A program made the position numbers and the translations under genes. DNA of 64,000 nucleotides from an uncultured Alistipes sp. (GTDB lineage: Bacteria; Bacteroidota; Bacteroidia; Bacteroidales; Rikenellaceae): the NCBI GenBank assembly GCA_910576555.1, contig CAJTIY010000005.1, positions 68,359 to 132,358 on the forward strand, read 5' to 3'. The notes beneath the pieces are model-generated. The model did no database searches. It saw nothing but the letters and a program-made list of their open reading frames with translations, and was not told the origin of the DNA. Shown here in pieces: positions 59,092 through 64,000 of the stretch. Every line of letters begins with the position of its first letter. Within the stretch, counting starts at the first letter, position 1.

Positions 59092-60063
59092 ATGCTCGAC
59101 GCAACGAAGATCAAAACGCTGGCGGCGGAGGTCGGTTTCGACCTCTGCGGGATCGCTCCCTGCCGTCCGCTGACGGCGGGTGCGGCGAAGTTCGGCACTT
59201 GGCTCGCGCGGGGCTATCAGTCGTCCCTCGGCTATATGGAGCGTCATGCCGACAAGCGGTTCGATCCCCGCCTGCTGGTCGAGGGGGCGCGTACGGCCGT
59301 GGTCTGTGCCGTCTCCTACAAAAACCGCGCGAGCGAGGGCTATCCCGCCGGCCATCGGGCCAAAGTGGCCTCCTACGCCTGTGCGGCCGACTACCATACG
59401 ACGCTGCGCGCGATGCTCGACCGCATGCTCGCGGCGCTCCGCGCGGAGCGTCCCGACCTGCGCGGCCGCGCCTTCGTCGACACGGCGCCGCTCGCCGAGA
59501 AGCAGCTGGCCGCCGAGGCCGGGCTGGGGTGGATCGGGCGGCAGTCGCTGCTCGTCACGCCGCGCTTCGGCACCTTCGTCGTGCTGGGCGAGCTGCTGCT
59601 CGCCGACGAGGCCGATCGTTACGACGAACCCTTCGGCGAGGGGCGCTGCGGCTCGTGCCGCGCCTGCGTCGAGGCCTGCCCGACGGGCGCCGTCACCGAG
59701 GAGCGCATGATCGACACGCGGCGCTGCATCTCGTGCCACACCGTCGAACGCGAGCAGGCGCAGCGTCCCGGGCTCCACGGCTGGATCTTCGGCTGCGACG
59801 CCTGCCAGAGCTGCTGCCCCTACAACCGCCGCGCGCCGCAGCACCGCCACCCGGCGTTCGACCCCCTGTTCGATCCGCTCCGCATGACCCCCGGGGCGTG
59901 GGCGGCGCTGACGCCCGGGGAGTTCGCCGGCCGCATGGGCGCGACGCCGCTCGTGCGCAGCGGTCTGGAGCGGATCCGGGCCAATGCCGGGGCGGCGACC
60001 GGGTCGGAAAACATGCGCGAATGTCCCGAAAAAAACTTATCTTTGCACGTAAATATCCCGCAT
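59092..60063 (+). CDS. queG: Epoxyqueuosine reductase (no stop codon; frame continues into cysS)
   Basis: [63 protein letters not shown]. Confidence 0.9.
60038..60045 (+). promoter_or_regulatory. Internal -7 box (TATCTTTG) upstream of cysS
   Basis: TAnnTTTG in an AT-rich patch 18 nt before the cysS ATG. Confidence 0.55.
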
Positions 60064-61539
60064 ATGGAATCGAAACTCGTACTTTATAATACGCTCACCC
60101 GCCGCAAGGAGGCGTTCGAGCCGCTCGTTCCCGGCCGCGTCGGCATGTACGTCTGCGGCCCCACGGTCTACGGCGACCCCCATCTGGGCCATGCGCGTCC
60201 GGCCGTGACGTTCGACCTCATGTTCCGCTACCTGAAGGCCTCGGGCTACAAGGTGCGCTACGTGCGCAACATCACCGACGTGGGGCACCTCGAGCACGAC
60301 GCCGACGAGGGCGAGGACAAGATCGCCAAGAAGGCCCGCCTCGAGCAGCTCGAACCGATGGAGGTGGCCCACTACTACACCGAGCGCTACCGCCGCGCGA
60401 TGGAGGCGCTGGGCGTGGAGAGCCCTTCGATCGAACCCCATGCCTCGGGCCACATCATCGAGCAGATCGCCTTCGTGCAGCGGATCCTCGACGCGGGCTA
60501 CGCCTACGTGTCGAACGGCTCGGTCTATTTCGACGTGGAGAAGTACGACGCGCAGCACCGCTACGGCCGCCTTTCGGGCCGCAATCTGGAGGATATCGTG
60601 GCCAACACGCGCGAGCTCGACGGACAGTCGGACAAGCGCCATTCGTACGACTTCGCGCTGTGGAAGAAGGCCTCGCCCGAGCACATCATGCGCTGGCCCT
60701 CGCCGTGGAGCGACGGCTTCCCCGGGTGGCACATGGAGTGCTCGGCCATGTCGACGCGCTACCTCGGCGAGCGGTTCGACATCCACGGCGGCGGCATGGA
60801 CCTCATGTTCCCCCACCACGAGTGCGAGATCGCCCAGTCGACGGCCGCCCTCGGCCACGATTCGGCACGCTATTGGGTCCACAACAACATGATCACGATC
60901 AACGGCCAGAAGATGGGCAAGTCGCTCGGCAACTTCATCACGCTCGAGGAGCTCTTCGCGGGGTCGCACCCCCTGCTGGCGCAGGCCTATTCGCCCATGA
61001 CGATCCGCTTCTTCGTGCTGCAGGCCCACTACCGTTCGACGCTCGACTTCTCCAACGAGGCGCTGCAGGCCGCCGAAAAGGGCCTCGACCGCCTGATGAA
61101 GGGGATCGAGACGCTCGGCAAGATCAAGCCCTCGGCCGCCTCGACGGTCGATCCCTCGGAGCTGGAGGCGCGCTGCCGCGCGGCGATGGACGACGACCTC
61201 AATTCGCCGCAGGTCATCTCGGCGCTCTTCGACTGGGTGCGTACGATCAACCAGCTCGCCGACGGCGCACAGACGATCGCGGCGGCCGATCTGGAGACGC
61301 TGCGCGTCGTCGTGCGCCGCTACGCTTTCGACATCCTCGGCCTGCGCGACGAGAAGGCCGCCGGCGCCGCCTCGGGCCGCGACTACGTGACGCCGCTCGT
61401 GGAGATGCTGCTCGCCGAGCGGCTCGCAGCCCGCGCCGCGAAGGACTGGGCCGCCTCGGACCGCATCCGCGACGGACTTGCCGCGGCCGGCATCCGCGTG
61501 AAGGACCGCAAGGAGGGCACCGACTGGGAGCTCGAATAG
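60064..61539 (+). CDS. cysS: Cysteine--tRNA ligase
   Basis: [23 protein letters not shown] (HIGH), [24 protein letters not shown] (KMSKS). Confidence 0.97.
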   Translation: MESKLVLYNTLTRRKEAFEPLVPGRVGMYVCGPTVYGDPHLGHARPAVTFDLMFRYLKASGYKVRYVRNITDVGHLEHDADEGEDKIAKKARLEQLEPMEVAHYYTERYRRAMEALGVESPSIEPHASGHIIEQIAFVQRILDAGYAYVSNGSVYFDVEKYDAQHRYGRLSGRNLEDIVANTRELDGQSDKRHSYDFALWKKASPEHIMRWPSPWSDGFPGWHMECSAMSTRYLGERFDIHGGGMDLMFPHHECEIAQSTAALGHDSARYWVHNNMITINGQKMGKSLGNFITLEELFAGSHPLLAQAYSPMTIRFFVLQAHYRSTLDFSNEALQAAEKGLDRLMKGIETLGKIKPSAASTVDPSELEARCRAAMDDDLNSPQVISALFDWVRTINQLADGAQTIAAADLETLRVVVRRYAFDILGLRDEKAAGAASGRDYVTPLVEMLLAERLAARAAKDWAASDRIRDGLAAAGIRVKDRKEGTDWELE

Positions 61540-61642
61540 CCCCCTCGGGAAGTCGCCGCATGTCGTGTCGTTCGGCTGCGCGCCTCTTCGCCGGCGATGC
61601 GGCGGGAGCGGCGGCGGTGCGGCATAAATTTCGAAACGGATT

Positions 61643-63049
61643 ATGACGGAACTCAAATCGGCGGCTGCGGCGCTCGGTACCGAGCGTATCCGCAGGCTGC
61701 TCGTGCAATATGCACTGCCGGCGATCGTCGCCATGACGGCGTCGTCGCTTTACAACATGGTCGACAGCATCTTCATCGGCCACGGAGTGGGGCCGCTGGC
61801 CATTTCGGGCCTCGCGCTCACCTTCCCGCTGATGAACCTCGCCGCGGCGTTCGGTTCGCTCGTGGGCGTGGGCGCCGCGACGCTCATCTCGATGCGGCTC
61901 GGCCAGCGCGACTACGCCACGGCCCAGAACGTGCTGGGCAACGTCGTGTCGCTCAACCTCATCATCGGCGTGGCGTTCGGTCTGCTGACGCTCGCGTTCC
62001 TCGATCCGATTCTCTACTTCTTCGGTGCGAGCGAGGTCACGGTGGGCTACGCCCGCGAATACATGGTCGTGATCCTCGCGGGCAACGTCGTAACCCACAT
62101 GTATCTGGGCCTCAATGCCGTGCTCCGCGCCTCGGGCCACCCGCGCAAGGCGATGCAGGCCACGATTACCACCGTGGTCATCAATACGCTGCTCGACCCG
62201 CTGTTCATCTACGGCTTCGGGTGGGGCATCCGCGGCGCAGCCGTGGCCACGGTGCTCGCGCAGGTCATCTCGCTCGCGTGGCAGCTGCGGATCCTCTCCG
62301 ACCGCAGCGAGCTGCTCCGCTTCCGGCGGGGCATCTACCGCCTGCGGCGCAAGATCGTGCGCGACGTGGTGGCGATCGGCATGTCGCCCTTTCTGATGAA
62401 CCTCGCGGCCTGCTTCATCGTCATCCTCATCAACAAGGGCCTGAAACAGTACGGCGGCGACCTGCAGATCGGCGCCTACGGCATCGTCAACCGCGTGGCC
62501 TTCTTCTTCGTGATGATCGTCATGGGCCTCAATCAGGGCATGCAGCCCATCGCGGGGTATAACTTCGGGGCCCGGCAGTACGACCGCGTGCTGCGCGTGC
62601 TGCGGCTGACGATGATCGGCGCCACGTGCGTCACGACGCTGGGCTTTCTGGTCGGCGAGGCGATGCCGCGGCTGGCCGTGGGGCTCTTCACGACCGACCC
62701 CGAGCTGATCCGCCTCTCGGTCGAGGGCATGCGCATCGTCTTCGTCTGCTTCCCGATCATCGGGTTCCAGATGGTCGCCACCAACTTCTTCATGAGCATC
62801 GGCATGGCCGGGAAGTCGATCTTCCTGTCGCTCTCGCGCCAGCTGCTCTTCCTCATGCCGGGGCTGCTCGTGCTGCCCCGGATCTTCGATCTGCATACGC
62901 CGTGGGACGGCAGCTGGGGCGTGTGGTGCGCCATGCCGCTCTCCGACCTGCTGGCCTCGATCGTGGCATTCGCCATGCTGACCTGTCAATTGCGGAAATT
63001 CCGGGCGCTCGTCGCCGCGCGTTCCGCCGAAGACCGAAACCGGATATGA
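61643..63049 (+). CDS. MATE-family efflux transporter (MepA-like)
   Basis: YALPAIVAM...YNMVDSIFIG, LDPLFI..FGWGIRGAA.AT, QPIAGYNFGA. Confidence 0.9.
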   Translation: MTELKSAAAALGTERIRRLLVQYALPAIVAMTASSLYNMVDSIFIGHGVGPLAISGLALTFPLMNLAAAFGSLVGVGAATLISMRLGQRDYATAQNVLGNVVSLNLIIGVAFGLLTLAFLDPILYFFGASEVTVGYAREYMVVILAGNVVTHMYLGLNAVLRASGHPRKAMQATITTVVINTLLDPLFIYGFGWGIRGAAVATVLAQVISLAWQLRILSDRSELLRFRRGIYRLRRKIVRDVVAIGMSPFLMNLAACFIVILINKGLKQYGGDLQIGAYGIVNRVAFFFVMIVMGLNQGMQPIAGYNFGARQYDRVLRVLRLTMIGATCVTTLGFLVGEAMPRLAVGLFTTDPELIRLSVEGMRIVFVCFPIIGFQMVATNFFMSIGMAGKSIFLSLSRQLLFLMPGLLVLPRIFDLHTPWDGSWGVWCAMPLSDLLASIVAFAMLTCQLRKFRALVAARSAEDRNRI

Positions 63050-63681
63050 AAAATTTCGTGATCAACATCGGCCGTCAGCTCGGCAGCGGCGGCAAGCCCG
63101 TCGGCGAGATCGTCGCACGGCGGCTCGGCGTGCGGATCTACGACCGCTCGCTCATCGACCTTGCCGCGCGGCAGAGCGGTCTCTGCCCGGAGGTCTTCGC
63201 CCGTGCCGACGAGCGCGAGGCCAAAGGGGTGTTCGCTACGCTCGTAGGGTACCTGCGGGCTCCCTTCACGGGCTACGAGGGCGGCAATGCGGCCAACGTG
63301 CTCTCGAACGAGGCGCTGTTCCAGATGCAGAGCGATGCCATCCGCGAGGTCGCCGCGCGCGAGTCGTGCCTCTTCGTGGGGCGCTGCGCCGACTACATCC
63401 TGCGCGACCATCCGCGTGCCGTGAGCATCTTCATCACGGCCGACGAGGAGGACCGCGTCGAGCGGCTCTGCCGGCGCGACGGATGCACGGAGCAGCAGGC
63501 TCGCCTGCGCATGGAGCGCGTCGACGCCTGCCGGGCCTCCTATTACAACTATTACAGCGGGCGCACGTGGGGCGATGCGGCGACGTACGACCTCTGCGTC
63601 AACTCCTCGCGCCTCGGCCTCGAGGCTACGGCCGATCTGGTGCTGGAGTTCGCGGTCCGCAAGCTGGGTTTGAAAATCTGA
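63046..63681 (+). CDS. Cytidylate kinase-like family protein
   Basis: Start MKNFVINIGRQLGSGG; FVGRCADYIL; R..YYNYY....WG....YDLCVNS; ATGA overlap with the MATE gene. Confidence 0.88.
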   Translation: MKNFVINIGRQLGSGGKPVGEIVARRLGVRIYDRSLIDLAARQSGLCPEVFARADEREAKGVFATLVGYLRAPFTGYEGGNAANVLSNEALFQMQSDAIREVAARESCLFVGRCADYILRDHPRAVSIFITADEEDRVERLCRRDGCTEQQARLRMERVDACRASYYNYYSGRTWGDAATYDLCVNSSRLGLEATADLVLEFAVRKLGLKI

Positions 63682-63686
63682 ATGTT

Positions 63687-64000
63687 ATGATACTTGCCGA
63701 ACAGATCAGGGCGCTGGAGCAGCGCCGCGAAGCGCTGGAGCGCTGCCTCGACATCGAGCAGAAGCGCATCGACCTGCGCAACGAGGAGGAGAAGACGCAG
63801 GAGCCGTCGTTCTGGGACGAGCCCGACAAGGCGCGCGAGCAGCTGCGCCGGGTGGCTTCGATCAAGGCGTGGGTCGACGACTACGACGCCGTGCGGAAGG
63901 ATGTCGAGGATCTGGCCCTGATGCCCGACTTCGTGCGCGAGGGGGTGATGACCGAGGCCGAGCTCGACGCGCAGTACGCCGCGACGCTCGACCGGGTCGA
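63687..64000 (+). CDS. prfB: Peptide chain release factor 2 (N-terminal part, runs off the window end)
   Basis: Manual translation MILAEQIRALEQRREALERCLDIEQKRIDLRNEEEKTQEPSFWDEPDKAREQLR..., typical RF2 N-terminus (LD...FWD.P..A). Confidence 0.85.
   Translation, partial: MILAEQIRALEQRREALERCLDIEQKRIDLRNEEEKTQEPSFWDEPDKAREQLRRVASIKAWVDDYDAVRKDVEDLALMPDFVREGVMTEAELDAQYAATLDRV

Overview
High-GC chromosomal segment of a Bacteroidota gut bacterium. Gene content, TTTG-N19-21-TAnnTTTG promoters and the short primary sigma factor point to Rikenellaceae, probably Alistipes (inference). Most of the window is housekeeping: metH (partial), glutaminyl cyclase, tig-clpP-clpX, tkt, metK, htrA, rpoD, ung, trmB, gldH-like, ricT, clpC, rarA, aspS, a tadA-like deaminase, a DUF2723 GT-C protein, an acyl-CoA ligase, queG-cysS, two MATE transporters and prfB (partial). 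The main accessory block is a ~17 kb minus-strand sialic-acid utilisation locus (7.5-24.6 kb): nanA, a NanM-SSS transporter fusion, SusC/SusD, two GH33 sialidases, a type V pilin-like lipoprotein, a metallophosphoesterase, a FadR-type regulator and a Ser-type sulfatase. Non-coding highlights are a SAM-II-like riboswitch before metK, a 3x76-bp promoter-bearing tandem element before tkt, a 75-bp duplication of the tkt 3' end and a BlaI-type double operator. An orphan CI/S24 repressor with substituted catalytic residues faces a short terminated transcript and an array of structured repeats. queG and cysS share one uninterrupted reading frame, and prfB lacks the +1 frameshift site. No tRNA, rRNA, CRISPR array, transposase or integrase was seen. 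All calls come from reading the sequence by eye; no database searches or folding programs were run.
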